Notes: a model not told the origin generated them from the letters alone. Numbered from the stretch's first letter, positions 10,140 through 22,670 are shown. The stretch is 33,047 nt of DNA from Basidiobolus meristosporus CBS 931.73 (GCA_002104905.1 MCFE01000824.1:1-33047), one strand, 5' to 3'. Numbers and translations are program-made.

Positions 10140-10449
10140 GAAATACTGTTTAATACATGGCCAGTATAATCCTTCTCCCTGCAGGGATCTGAACCCCCTT
10201 ATAGGTTTTTCTGTATCTTATATGTATGATTGCGCATTCAGTGACATAGAAGTTGTCTGGTACTAAGGACAAGTTGTGTTATACTTTGACAATGTTGTCC
10301 AAATAACAATTAGTTGCTTGCTGCATCCTACCAAACTCTGTGCTACTTGACTGATTACCAACACATTGGAGCTGCTTAGCTTCTTAATGCCAAATGCATA
10401 GGTGTCTCTGTGTGCACGCCAGTCCTCAGTATTTTCCCACTCTTCCTGG
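10140..10449 (-). pseudogene. Fragment of the CACTA-type transposase C-terminal region
   Basis: Aligns with ~20100-20400 (gctgcttagc..ttaatgcca..tgcataggtgtctc..gtcctcagtatttt). Left boundary approximate. Confidence 0.65.
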
Positions 10450-10830
10450 TGTTATGATTCAACACTTGAGTGTCTGAGCTAGATCAGTCTTTAGTCAAAT
10501 CAATGTTTCATGCATAGTCTATCAGTCTATCAGTATTTTCTATTAAATTGGTAGAATCAGTCAGCATATGAAGTCAGAAGATCCTTATCAGTCAGATATA
10601 TATATATATAACATAGGATCCAATTGGTTGATGGTAATGCAATCCAATACGTCATCAGCCACATTCTACATTAGGAAATACAATTAGTTAACAATTACTC
10701 AGTATTTGATCTGGCAAAATGTATATAAGAAGCTATTAGAACCTCAACAAAGATCAGTTCAAGTTTTAGTGAATACAATACTAGCAAAACTCCTTATTCC
10801 TCTACAACTCTTATACCAAGACTTTTAGCA
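10450..10830 (+). repeat. 5' LTR, family 2
   Basis: TGTTATG...TTAGCA. Homologous to 12467-12835, 16151-16517 and 18194-18379. Contains TGTATATAAG. Confidence 0.85.
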
Positions 10831-10831
10831 T

Positions 10832-10843
10832 TGGTAGCTGCAA
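10832..10843 (+). promoter_or_regulatory. Primer-binding site, initiator tRNA-Met-like
   Basis: TGGTAGCTGCAA, 1 nt after the LTR. TGGTAGC is the start of tRNAi-Met PBSs such as those of Ty1 and Ty3. Confidence 0.7.
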
Positions 10844-10934
10844 TAACCAGAGACCTCCCTCCTGAAGAAAGAAGCAGCCTCCCTCAAGATGTTGGATATT
10901 CAAGAATGGAAGAATGGTATGCTGAAAGCCCTGC

Positions 10935-11570
10935 AACTATTAGAGCAATGATATATCTGGACCAGCAAGTCAACTGGGGATCAACTGTGCTTTTTGTAAA
11001 CAAAAAGGATGGAATGCTTAGGGTGTGAATTTACTGCAGAACCCTAAACTCAGTGATTATGAAGAATAAGTTCTCCATACCTTAGATTGATGAGCCTTTG
11101 GACTAACTCAATAGAACCACTACAATCAGTATGCTTGACCTTATGTCAGGATGCAACTAGAATTGAGTGAAACCAGAAGATATCCCTAACAGTGCATTCA
11201 GAACTGGAAATGGGCAAGTAGTTAGCCATGAATTTTGGCCTTACCAATGCCCCTGCAACATTCACAACCTTGATGCAAGCCATCTTCCAGGAATACATAG
11301 ACAAGTCTGTGGTAATCTACCTAGATGACATATTAATATTCAGCAAGACACAATAGGAACACTTGGTGCACAATGAAAAGATCTTGAAGAAGCTAAGTGC
11401 TCAAGCTATAGGGCCAGTTAGCAAAGTGCAAGTTCTCTGAGAGACAAGTTGAGTGTTGAGGACACACAGTAACTAGCACAGGAGTGACCTCAGAACCCAC
11501 AAAGGTGGAAGTTATTAAAAATCTCAAGCAGCCCCATGGCATTTCAGAGCTCAAATCATTTCTTGGAATG
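10935..11570 (+). pseudogene. Gypsy reverse transcriptase remnant, family 2
   Basis: WGSTVLFVNKKDGMLRV...[36 protein letters not shown]...ELKSFLGM. YLDD at 11318-11329. Confidence 0.9.
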
Positions 11571-14124
11571 CCCTAAGAAAAATAACTTGGTCCTGTGGGT
11601 GGATCCAATGCAGATCAGGCATCAGGATCCCACTTAGAGACTGTGATAATACCAGCAGCTTGGAGTTAGTGACCCTCTTGACTATCTTATGATGGGATCA
11701 TGATGATGTTTTGCTAACTTTAATGCCCAATAATGCTTTAAAACTTGACAAGATATGGTTGATACTGTGACAATAACTGCAAGGCATTGTTGCAGTCTAA
11801 TTGCGCTCTACCACTATTTTAAGTAGATCCTACTGGCTAGGACATCCAAATTCCTTATATGGCAAGTGCTTATGCCAAAGCCTAAAGTTCAAAAGACATT
11901 AAAGATCTGTGAAACTTTTGAGTGCAATAATGAACAATATGCTAATATTCAAGAGGCTGCCAGAGCTTTTGCATGCCATATCCTTAAGGCTGGCATACCA
12001 TGGGCCCTTCAGAAGTGCAAGGCCAAGCAGAATGCTCTTGACTTGTTCCATGAGCATAATCCTGGATTCAAACAGGCAAACATATTTTGGGCCAGCATTT
12101 GTATGCTAAGAAAGTATCTCAAGAATAGCAGAAGCAATCAAAGGCAGAAGAACAAGGGTGCTTTGGCTAAAAACCAGCAGCTTTCCCTAGAGCCCATTAC
12201 AAGCATGGCTGAAAGCTCCAGAAAGCATCAAAGAGACAACAGGTAGCTGGAAGAGTGCTAATTAGGGACAATCAGGCAGACATGCATGCACCAGCACATT
12301 GTTATCAAGGAAAAGCACAGTACCACTCAAAAAACAATCAGTCAAAGTAAAAGCAAAGGACCTGGCAGTGACAAAAACCAGCAGCTTTTACAGGAGCCTG
12401 TTACAACTACAGTTGAGTGCTCAAAACTAGCAACAAAGAAATGTCAGTTTGCCAGGAGGGTGCAAGTGTTAAGATTTACCACTTGAATGTTTAAGTCAGA
12501 TCAGTTTTTAGTTATATCAACTAGTTTAATGCTTAGCCTACCAGCATATCAGTGTTATCTATCAGGTCAGTAGTATTAGTCAGCATATGAATCAGCAGAT
12601 CCTTATCAGACAGAAAGAGCTATATTAGGTAGGTTCTTATTGGGTGATGACAATGCAATCAAATGAGTAATCTGCCACAACCAACATTAGGAAATATAAT
12701 CAGTCAGCTATTGATATTGCAAAATGTATATTAGAAGCTGCAGGAACCTCAATAAAAATCAGTTCAAGTTCAAGTGAATACAATACCAGCTAAACTCCCT
12801 ATTCTTATACAACTCTTATTCCAAGACTTGTAACCCCAGCAAGAGAGAAGCAGGCCAAAACAGTTCCATCATAGATGAATTTATCAAGGAAAAAAAATAG
12901 TTTGTTACAAGAAGCACTCAGACAATGTAGCAGTGAAAGACCTGGCAGTGATAAAGGTGAAGGTAAAGGGAAAAATACCTACCCAAGCCTGAGAAAGGGA
13001 CACATGCAAAAAAAACTGCTGTTGTTGCTAATTAATGCCACAAGCCTGGAACAGACTGAATTCCTTCATAGCCAAGAAGAATTACCAATAACAGAGCTGC
13101 TGTTTTCACAAGAGTTGGAAGTGCAGCCAGTGGAGCCACACTCAAGCAAGGTAGATGAGTTTGCAGAAAAGGCAATTTGTCTACCACAGCCTCTTCATCC
13201 TCTATTGTAGATAGAGTGGAGATCCCTGTGACAGACAAGGCTACAATGTCTAGAACTTGAAAGACTATCACAATACCTTCAGTAGAATTTTAGAACATTA
13301 ATAGGAACACCAAGAGGTTGCAACACTTCTTCAAGAGCAGTGCTCAAGAAAACACACTTGTATATTGCAAGGATTTATTGCAAAGACTGGCTGATTGGGT
13401 GCTAGACCTTGCAGTGTAGGCTGAGGACCAGGGCATGTGGGAACCAGTGAATTAACGTTGCTTTCAGTGGAATCTTAGAACATTAATAGGCACACCAAGT
13501 GGTTGCCACACTTATTCAAGAGCAGTGCTCAACAAGATGCACTTGAATATTGCAAGGACTTATTGGAAAGACTGGTTGATGAGCAGCTAGACCTTGCAGT
13601 GCCAGCTGAAGACCAGGACATATGGGAGCTGGTGAATGAACAATGGCATGAAGCCATAGGGTTCCCACCAAAGTTGTGGAACCACAGCATTACAGCAGAA
13701 ATACTTATTGAGTTGTGGATTTTAATGAAGTTACTTGTCAAGTGTGGGGTTGGGCTGAATGTTAGTATGGGGTATAGGGACTCATACAGGTCAACACATT
13801 TGGCAATTAAGGTACAACTGAAGTTTCAACGTAAATAAATCAAATTGTATGCATGAAAAATAAGAGAAACAGTTGAGTCAGGAGGTAAGGAGTGTGAAAA
13901 AGAGGCAATAGCCAATCACTGCACAAAAATATAGGAGGTGATAGAGTTGCTATGATCAGAAAGTGAGCAAATTGGCAGGGAACCAATCAAAAGCCACATA
14001 TATATTGTTGTAATAATAATAAAATATGATTGTGAAATCTGGGATTCAATTATTTTTCAACAGTCACTGGACTTTAACTTTGTGACAGCCTTTTGATGGG
14101 ATTATTCCAATAATATTCATAGGG
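11571..14124 (-). mobile_element. Internally deleted CACTA-type element (copy M); strand given by transposase orientation
   Basis: Starts CCCTAAGAA and ends TTCATAGGG. 3-bp TSD ATG (11568-11570, 14125-14127). Splits RT between FLGM and the following YC*KFIK. Interior is homologous to 19365-19620 and to 23100-25417. Confidence 0.85.
12467..12835 (+). repeat. Solo LTR, family 2, inserted in ORF-B of CACTA copy M
   Basis: TGTTAAG...CTTGTAACC, homologous to 16151-16517. Flanking ORF-B sequence is continuous; imperfect TSD CAAG/CCAG. Confidence 0.85.
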
Positions 14125-14127
14125 ATG

Positions 14128-14616
14128 AATTCCTATTGTTAGAAATTTATCAAGTCCTTTGCAAGAGTTGTGTCTCTATTGACTGATATCCTCAAGACAG
14201 ACAACACCATGAAACCAGACATAGCCTACAAGACTTCATTTCAGTTGCTCAAGAATGAACTTGTTAAGCTGCTAAGCTTCAGTATATCAGACTTCAGCAA
14301 AGAGTTTACTCTCTGCACAGACACTTTGGATTATACAATTGGTGGAATACAGAGCCAAAAACATGAGGGAATGGAGTACCCAGTTGGTGTTGAATCCATG
14401 ACACTGAGCTCTGCAGAACAAAACTACCCAGGGCATTAGAATGAGATGCTGACCATTATACAGTGCTTAAAGACTTGGATATGTCACATTGAAGGAGTCA
14501 AGTTCACTGTGAAGACTTGTCATGCCTATCTTAGGTAAAGTTTTACTCAGAAGGTACTATCTAGAAGACTGAAAAGATGGAGTGAATTCACACAGCAGAA
14601 AATTTGACCTGGTGAT
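14128..14616 (+). pseudogene. RT connection and RNase H remnant, family 2
   Basis: KFIKSFARVVSLLTDILK...FTLCTDTLDYTIGGI...SAEQNYP...FDLVI. Confidence 0.85.
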
Positions 14617-14905
14617 TGTTGCAATTTAAGAAGTGATTTGGATATAAGGAATTTATCCAGAAATGGTGATAATAGTTGAGCTGTTGTTTATTAATAAAGA
14701 AGCTCAGTATTTTTACATTTGTAGAAGTAATACAGCTGTAACACTACGTAAGGAGGGTTTCTCAATATTCAGGAGCATTCTGTAACAGTTTCAGGGTTAG
14801 TACATAATGCTTAGCAATAGTGCTAATTTGATCCTTACTATAAGGGAATGATCATAAGATCATAGATCAAGAGAAAGTTGCAAAGTTAGAGCTGTATATT
14901 ATTAC
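14617..14905 (-). repeat. Partial LTR, family 4
   Basis: Reverse complement of ~17770-18039 (tgttgcaatttaagaagtg versus tgtcgcaatctaagaagtg). Right boundary approximate. Confidence 0.75.
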
Positions 14906-14909
14906 CACA

Positions 14910-16130
14910 GTGGCCAAGACACTCCTGATGAGGTAGATGAAGATATCACAAAGTTTATCTGGGATGAAGCTAGCAAATTTGTAGTGCACAATGAAACACT
15001 CTATCAAGCTGCTGATGGAAGCCCTATTGCATATTGCCCTTGTGTTGCTTGCCTGGATTTTATACACAGCCACATAATGGCTGGAGATATCCTGGAATTG
15101 AGGGTATTCATATTGTTGTAAAAGCTAGAGCATGGCAACCCAGAATGAAACAAGATATTGCATAGCTAGTGAATTCATGCCCAGTTGTCAAATCAACCAA
15201 GGCCAACCACAGAGAATTCCTGAACCTATTCCCTTGAAGGCAGTAAGACCACTTGTGAGAAAGGGAATTGAATTTATTGGAGACTGCCCACTACTATAAA
15301 ATGCAATTGCTGGATTTTAGTAGCATGTAATAATGCAACCAAATGGCTAGTGGTTAGAGCTGTACCAGTTGCCAGTGAACAAGAAGTGCAAGCTTCATCA
15401 ACCCTGAGATTCCTGATCAAGTTAACCTGCCTCATGGAAGCCATATCTGATAGGGAAGCAAGCTCAAGGCAAAAACACTGGAAGCCCACCTGGAAATGCA
15501 GCAGATCCAACATTTAGATACATTGGCATATCACCCTGTATCTAACAGAGTCACTAAGCGGCTTAATGGATTGTTTGGAAATATGCTGACCAAGTATGCA
15601 AATGGAGCTATAAGTACTTGTGATGAGTAACTTACCAAACACTGTTTTCCTGCAGAGTTAGGGTGCACAGCACTACCCAAAATTTGCTATTTTACATAGT
15701 GCATGGATGTGTACCAAGTATTCTAGGGGATCACACACAGCCAAAACCCACTGACAACCTGGAGGATGAACACAGTCAGCTTAGTAGATATAAACAGTTA
15801 GAACAAAAATGTCAGGAGGCACAGGCCAAAGAATCTCAAAGTGAAGAAAAAATGAAGCAGGGATTTGATAAGCATATATCACCCAAATCATTGACAGATG
15901 GGAACTTTGCATTGCTGAGAAGCAATACTGGAAAGAAATTTGAGCCACAATGAAGGGGACCTTTTAAGCTCATCAGAGAATGTCCATTTGCAACTTACAA
16001 ACTAGTGGACAAACTGGGGAATATCCCAGAAGATTTAGTAGATAGAAACAGACTCAAGATTGCAAGACTTTCCAACAATACTGAACCACAAGATATTGGC
16101 ATCACAGGTAAGGGATTCAGCAGAACCCTC
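14910..16130 (+). pseudogene. Gypsy integrase remnant, family 2
   Basis: PDEVDEDI..., WQPRMKQDI..LVNSCP.CQ zinc finger, ATKWLVVRAVP core, GKKFEPQ*RGPFKL (GPF motif). No chromodomain seen. Confidence 0.85.
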
Positions 16131-16141
16131 TCAACTTTGGT

Positions 16142-16150
16142 AGGGGAGAA
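16142..16150 (+). promoter_or_regulatory. Polypurine tract
   Basis: AGGGGAGAA immediately before the TGT start of the 3' LTR. Confidence 0.75.
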
Positions 16151-16517
16151 TGTTGTGATCCACCGCTTGAATGATTAAGTTAGATCAGTTTTTGTCAGAT
16201 CAATCAGGTATCTGTCTGGCCCATCAGTGTATCAGTGTTATATATCAATCCAATAGCACTAGTCAGCAAATGAATCAGCAGATCCTTATCAGACAGGAAT
16301 AGATATATCAAGTAGGATCTTATTGGGTCATGATGATGCAATTAAATGAGACATCAGCCACAACCAATGTTAGGAAATACAATTAGTCAGCAAATGATCC
16401 GATAAAATGTATATAAGGAGCTGCTGGAACCTTAATATAAGTCAGTTCAAAATTTAGTGAATACAACACTGGCAAACTCCCTATTCCTCTACAACTCTTA
16501 TACCAAGACTTGTAACA
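16151..16517 (+). repeat. 3' LTR, family 2
   Basis: TGTTGTG...TGTAACA, preceded by a PPT, homologous to the other family 2 LTRs. Confidence 0.9.
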
Positions 16518-17200
16518 CATGCATAATTTATGGAAAATTCAGTAATCACGTTATTTCTTATGTGTATTTTAACACAACCAGGTCAAGGTCAGTATACTAC
16601 TGTGTAAGTTTTCCAATCTGTCCCTCTGATCCCTTTGCCAGGTTGCAACTAATACTTAGTACAACTCAGACAAAACTTATCCCCTAGCTTACAAGTGCAT
16701 TCCTCACCAGATATGTCAAGGCCAAATCTGTACAAGTTCTCTCCCAATGATTTTATTATGGCTCAAGCATATACAGCAAGCCTCTATACTAATATTTGAG
16801 TACTGCTTATTAATAGGCCAGAGATGAAAGCTTTAGAAAACTGACAGCAATGGAAGATTCCAAGTACAAAGTTGTAGCATGAGTTTTGCATCAATATGCC
16901 AGAAGAAATATGTGCATATCAAAAATGCTTGCACTTGATTGATATTACGCATGATACTTTCTAGCTTTGCTATACTTGTTGGACAGCATCAGCTGTTTTT
17001 GATGTGTTATTACCTTAGTATGTTTTGAGTGTGAACCATATTTCTACACCTAGTGGCAGCACCTGGCTTGTTGAAGTATCTCTGATATTTCTTTCCACCA
17101 GTGCTGTTTTGTTACATATTAGGATCTTGCAGGTCTTGTGCAGGGTGCCATTTAGAGGTGAGATAGGTCACAATCCATCAGTGAGCCTTTTTCTTTGGAC
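16518..17200 (+). repeat. Family X copy 2 (internally deleted, empty foldback site)
   Basis: Aligns with the reverse complement of 2058 to ~1660, then 1030 to 997, then 290 to ~60. Right boundary approximate. Confidence 0.65.
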
Positions 17201-17416
17201 AACTACTTGGCAGCCCCTGGTATACTCATATACATGTAGCACTATATGCCCTTTAGCTTGAATTACTTTTATATATGTACTCCCAGAAAAAAGTAAGCTT
17301 TTCACATTGTGTGCAAAAACTATTGCTGACAGCAGCAGAAGAGTGGTTTGCTAACTGCTTGCCTGTACATTTAGTGCCACAAGTGGTTATACATCTAAAA
17401 AGGCCATGCTGACAAT

Positions 17417-18192
17417 TGCTATGAAACATCATTGTGATAATTCATTCAAAAGGCCATCACAAAAAAGGAATCCAATGACTAAGAGCTATTGACCCCATCA
17501 GGCACTGTCCCAAGACCATTGACAAAAATTGTATTCAATATTTCATAAGAGACTTGGTCAAATCCGCTTATTGCAGAAAAGCATTATTGGCATTTGATTA
17601 GTTCTCTGCCAATCATCTAGCTTTCTAGTTCCCAGCACTGATTCATCTCCAGTGCTTCTGTACATTAATTGGCTATTGCCTCTTTTCATATGTTGCAATA
17701 TTGGACTATTTGATATTGTTCAGCAGCTAAAAATTTACCAAATAATTCTGGACTAGTCTTAGTTACTATGGGACTAACTTCAGCCCTAACTTTGCCACAT
17801 TCATTCTCATTGCTGTATGGTCAAGAACAAATTAGCACTAATACCAAACATTATGTACCACCCTAAAAATGCTAGAGAATGCTCCTGGGTGTTAAGAAAC
17901 CATCGTTACTTGGTGCTACAGTTGTATTACTCCTACAAAGGTATAAATACTGATCTTCTTTTTGAAAATGACACAGTTCAGCTATCAACATTATCTATAA
18001 ATGAGTTCCTTATATTCATACACTTCTTAGATTGCGACATTATACTTCTTACTCCCCAGCTCAACAAATACTCTTACCTTTCATGCATGCCAGTGGGTTT
18101 ATGTCCATTAGAACATCAGTTGTAATTTAACTATACATTTGTACTGACCTATTCAAATCCCTATACCAAGCACATACATTAATCCTAACCCA
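17417..18192 (+). mobile_element. Terminal fragment of the CACTA-type element (copy D, ORF-B end); strand given by transposase orientation
   Basis: Degenerate TIR TGCTATGAA at 17417. 17450-17690 resembles 25878-26130, and 18045-18192 resembles 27300-27450. Confidence 0.65.
17691..18039 (+). repeat. Solo LTR, family 4
   Basis: TGTTGCAAT...ATTGCGACA terminal inverted repeat. TSD TCATA/TTATA. TATAAATA near 17942. Second partial copy at 14617. Confidence 0.85.
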
Positions 18193-18193
18193 C

Positions 18194-18379
18194 ATGATGC
18201 AATCAGAAGAGTCATCAGCCACAACCTACATTAGGAAATACATTTAGTCAGCAATTGATCTGGCAAAATTTATATAAGGAGCTGCTGGAACCTCAGTAAG
18301 AATCAGTTCAGGTTTTGGTGAATACAATACTAGCTAAGCTCCCTATTCCTCTACAATACTTATACCAAGGCTTGTAACA
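18194..18379 (+). repeat. 3' half of a family 2 LTR
   Basis: catcagccacaac..attaggaaatac..tatataaggagctgctggaacc..cttgtaaca, matching 16340-16517. Confidence 0.85.
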
Positions 18380-19364
18380 CATATATATAGCATGGCTATG
18401 CTTTAGGTCCTTGCAAGCAACATAAGGGCAATAGGTAATTGGCAATGTGGCTGCAATTAACAATTCAGTAGAGTATCTCATCCTGTACCACATATCTGCT
18501 GGATTCATCATGGATTATCTTCTTGATATCTTCATCCACCTCATTAGGAGTGACTTGGTACTCCCAGTACTCTGGCCACAAGCTGGCCCAATTTTGTTCA
18601 GGCTCCAAGTTGAGTTGTGCAGCATGACTAACTCTTGATAAGGCATGAGTAGCCATATTTTCTATCCCACAGTAGTAAACTAACTGCAAGTCAAATTGCA
18701 GAATGTAATCATTGAGTCTTGTCATTTGTCTGCAGAGTACATTTAAAGTATAAATGTACCTAAGTGAGGCATAATCAATCTTCACAGTGCATTTGACTCC
18801 TTCAATGTAGTAACTTCATGTACTATGGCCAGCATCCACTTCTCATGCACTGGGTATCCTTGCTCTGCTGCATTTAGTCATGTGGATTCAAGAGCTACTG
18901 GGTATCCCATTCCTTCCCAGTCATGGCTTAGTAATCCATCAGTTGCATAATACAAACCATTTGTGCAGAGTGTAAACTCTATTCTGAAGTCAGGAATTCT
19001 AAGGCTTGGCATCTTGACAGCTTGGCAGGTTCATTTTTGCATGTCCAAATGGCAGTCTTACAGACTTTGTTACAATTCAAAGCATTGTCTTTCCTAAAGA
19101 TATCAGTCAAAGGGGCTGCAATATTTGCAAGGTACTTGACAGAACTCAAATTATTGAACACCATGTCAGGAATCAATATGGGCTTTTATATGCCACAATG
19201 CTTCTTCAGATTCTTGATAAGCTCTACTTTCTTGGATTCTGGATAAGCATAAACACTACTTGGCCTTTACTTTGCATATGGTAGATAAATGTGTATCTTT
19301 AAAAACTTAAGCAGGGAAGCATTACTTTTCCCAAGGGGAGCAATCAATGGAGTACCTATCTATA
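18380..19364 (-). pseudogene. Family 2 pol remnant (RT 3' half, RNase H, start of the integrase linker)
   Basis: KVELIKNLK; ANIAAPLTDIFRKD (18979-19176); LQFDLQLVYYCGIENMATHALSR and PNEVDEDIKK (18465-18785). Nucleotide match to 14350-14510. Confidence 0.85.
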
Positions 19365-19559
19365 CCATACATAAAAAAATTTGTTCCCACAGGGGGATCT
19401 GATCAAGAGCAGCTGTCAAGATCTGGCTAGGAGACCTCACTAATACCAGCAGCTTGGAATTAATGACCATCTATACAATCTTATTATAGGATCACAACAG
19501 TGTTTAGCATATTTTAGCACCATATAGGCTTAAAAAATGTGATGGTGTCTGTACAGTGA

Positions 19560-22330
19560 TTTGCCAAGGGTAGCATGGGATTATTATGGTCCTTGTGTGC
19601 TCTGCAACTACTTGAGTGAATCTAACCTCACAGTAAATCCAATTGCCTTATATGTCAAAAAACTTGACTGTGTTTTGGCAGCCTCATTGTGGGCCTCTGA
19701 TGGTTTTATAATGGCAGTACAACAGTCTACAGCTAGTTCTGTATAATGCTACTGTACCAATTTACCCAGTGGTATTTTCTTTTTCTACCTTCCCTTGGGC
19801 AATTCATATATTCCACTGTACAATCACCCATCTTTATTTGCTTACCCATTACTACCATTGGTATTCCACATACAGTTGAATCAAAAAATACTATGGCCTC
19901 CGGCTTACTTACATCAGCAAACATTCACACCTGCCCAAATGACATACTTCTATTACCTCAACTATACAGCTTTTAAATAAGATACTGGCAAAGTTGCCAT
20001 ATACCTTGTATTGTTGGTAACATATACATCTTGCAGGCATATGCTTGATTGACACTGCTTCTGCCATGAATAACTTGTAATCATCCACAAAAGACTTTTT
20101 GGTATTTAGACTATATATTTCTTCTCCCCACAGAATTCTAGTCCCTTTTATAGGTGAGTTCTGGCTCTTCTTTGTGTGGATTCTGTATTAAATGGTGCAA
20201 GAATGGGCTAGAGACCAACAGAAACCTGCCATACTTTGGTAGAGTTTTCCTAAGAACAATTGGCTGCTATTTGCACTCATCCTAACTTTGTATTACTTAA
20301 CTGAATACCCACACATTGGGGCTGCTTAGCTTTTTAATGCCATGTGCATAGGTGTCTCCATGTGCACATCTGTCCTCAGTATTTTTCAACTCTACCTGGC
20401 TGTGCTCCATGTGCCAACTTATCACATCCATCACAGACTTGAAGGAAACATTCATATTCAAACTGGGATATGGTGGTACTTGTGAACCAACTGGTCTTCC
20501 CATCTCCCCATATATCCACTACATAAAAAACTCCCATAAGATAAAGCAAGGTCAAATACTCTCAATAAATCAGGCAAGATGGAATTGCAAATGGTCACAG
20601 TAGTGGCAGAGATCCATGTTATTGGCTTTATGTTTGTAGTATAGCAACTCCAACCCTGCCACTAACTCTTTGCACAAAAGCTGTAGATACATCAAGTTGG
20701 CATTGGTTATCTGCTTCCAGATAAGGATTGCTACAATGCTCATATATGACTCCCAATGCTTCCAATATATTCTTGATAGTAATAGCTACAGGAGGCCACT
20801 TGAATATATATGTATCCAGTTTATCTAATCCTTGTACTTGTGTTGTTGTATATGCATATGAATGTTAATTGGAGCCTGTGAGAAGCATTCAGAGTAGCAG
20901 ACACTCTGTAATTTCATGCCAATTCTTTCAAATTTTCTGGTACCTCAAAGGGCTCATATAGCTTGAAATGCCCCATGTACAACTTGGTTATCAGTATAGG
21001 TATATTGTTGAAAAGCAATGCATTGCTCCCATTGGAAAGTTTTTGCTCCAACAAATACCCTTGATCTTAGGAACCTGAGAATTCTAATTAATTTCATATT
21101 CCAGCCAATAGCTTATAGCTTGCCAACTTTAGTACAAATGTATGCCAACTTCTGTACATTCTTTTGCAGATGGATGATGTTCTTAGCATTGGTGTTTGGG
21201 TAGTAATAATGTGTATGAGTTGTGGAGTAAGTCCCCTGGATCTCACACATTGGACAGTAATACTGACTATTGTGCCCTGAAAAGCTTGCTATCTTGCTGA
21301 TGGCTGGGGTATTACAATGCAGATAGTCAAATGAGCATTGCCAAGAAGGCCATTGACTATTATCCTGCTGGAAAGCATACCCAAAATTATCTAGCAATGG
21401 ATACAGGTAGCTATCTAGGTTGGATGGTGATTTAGGCCCAAATAACAGTGAGACTACTATTTGATTTCTACTCTGATACGGTAAGATAGGAGGCAGATTT
21501 AGGTTGATGAGATTCAGTGGCTAGCAGAATTTACTGGTAGAATACTTGTTTAATGAGAATCATCCAAGTGCCAAGCTAAAGGCATGGCCATATATACTCT
21601 CAAATTAACCCTTGCTTCTTAGCTGTTTGCAATGTTTGCCATCAAATATATGGGCTATTTTTGAGTTTGACTGATATCAAGCAAAGTACTTTATAGCTTC
21701 ATAATAATTGTCAGACTGCATGAGCTTCTTCAGATGGGGTATCACCAGGATAAGTCCATAGTATGAACAATATCTTCCCACAATGGGGGTAGATTCCTGA
21801 CAATTTGGACACCTTTCAATGGTAGCATTTTCTAATGTGAATGCAATGCAACTGTTAACATAAGCTAATATCAGGACAATCTCGGGGTAATTTGTGGCCA
21901 GTCACATGATGGTTGTCCATTTATAACATGTATGTGGTAAGTTGCATCCCAGGATGATTTTGGCAAGAAGTAGTAGCAAATCCTCAGAGCCTCAATTACT
22001 GATATTAGTGGAAACACACCACTTCTCTAGCCGCAAGATCACATTATTTTCTGGTAGATGGATTACTTGGCTCACTTGACTCCTTAAAGTATCCTTGGCA
22101 TTTTTTTCAACAAGTGTTGTCACATTGCATAGTGGGATTTTGCAGGGTGAGCCAAAAAGGCATCACAAACTCACCTGACTCAGTTTGTGCAAAGTGACAA
22201 GTGCAACCAGGTGCCATTCAAGAAGTATCATGTGGCTGGAAAGATATTGTTGTTACAGTAGTGACTGGTGAATGGTCAAATAAAACTTGTTTGGCAAAAC
22301 ACTGGCCATGCTCCTTGTGATACTTTCCAT
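19560..22330 (-). pseudogene. CACTA (Tnp2/Transposase_21-like) transposase
   Basis: Motifs read manually: NSCIAFT..CPNC (~21800); CNTPAISKIASFSGHNSQYYCPMC (21113-21397); AMHCF.NNIP..ITKLYMGHFK (~21000); *PCFILWEFFM*WIYG...PYPSL, a degenerate GP....W.F.MER (~20530). Boundaries approximate. Confidence 0.85.
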
Positions 22331-22670
22331 GCTGTCTGCGTGCTTCATGGCTGCACACCTACGTAAATGTAAGATTCAATGATAACCCACCATAGTAAGT
22401 ATTACATATAGAGTTGTGGCACCATATCTAAACATATATGTAACACCATTTCCCCTTTTGTTTGACTTACTTCCGTATATGTGCCACCAAAAAATAGAGC
22501 AAATTTGCCTGGTTCCCTACTAAAATCCCCTTCTGACAGCAGCAGAAGAATAGCTGGAAAATAGCTTGCTTTGACACTCAGTGCAACAAGCAGGGCTACA
22601 ACCAAAAAAGGCCTTGCAGACGGTGTGCTCTCTGAAGGGAACAATGTGGACTCCTCAAGCTATCAATCAA

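Larger units (their letters stand above)
10450..16517 (+). mobile_element. Degenerate Ty3/Gypsy element (family 2) lacking gag and protease, with nested insertions
   Basis: LTRs at 10450-10830 and 16151-16517 (about 75-80% identical by eye), PBS, RT, RNaseH, IN and PPT in order. No matching TSD (CCTGG versus CATGC), so the two LTRs may not be from one insertion. Confidence 0.75.

Noticed and set aside
2983-10610. (TA)n runs at ~2985, ~9363 and ~10597
   Set aside because: Short microsatellites inside LTRs, already explained by those repeats.
15960-16140. Chromodomain at the integrase C-terminus (also checked at 4544-4620)
   Set aside because: No aromatic-cage pattern. Both integrases end shortly after the GP motif.
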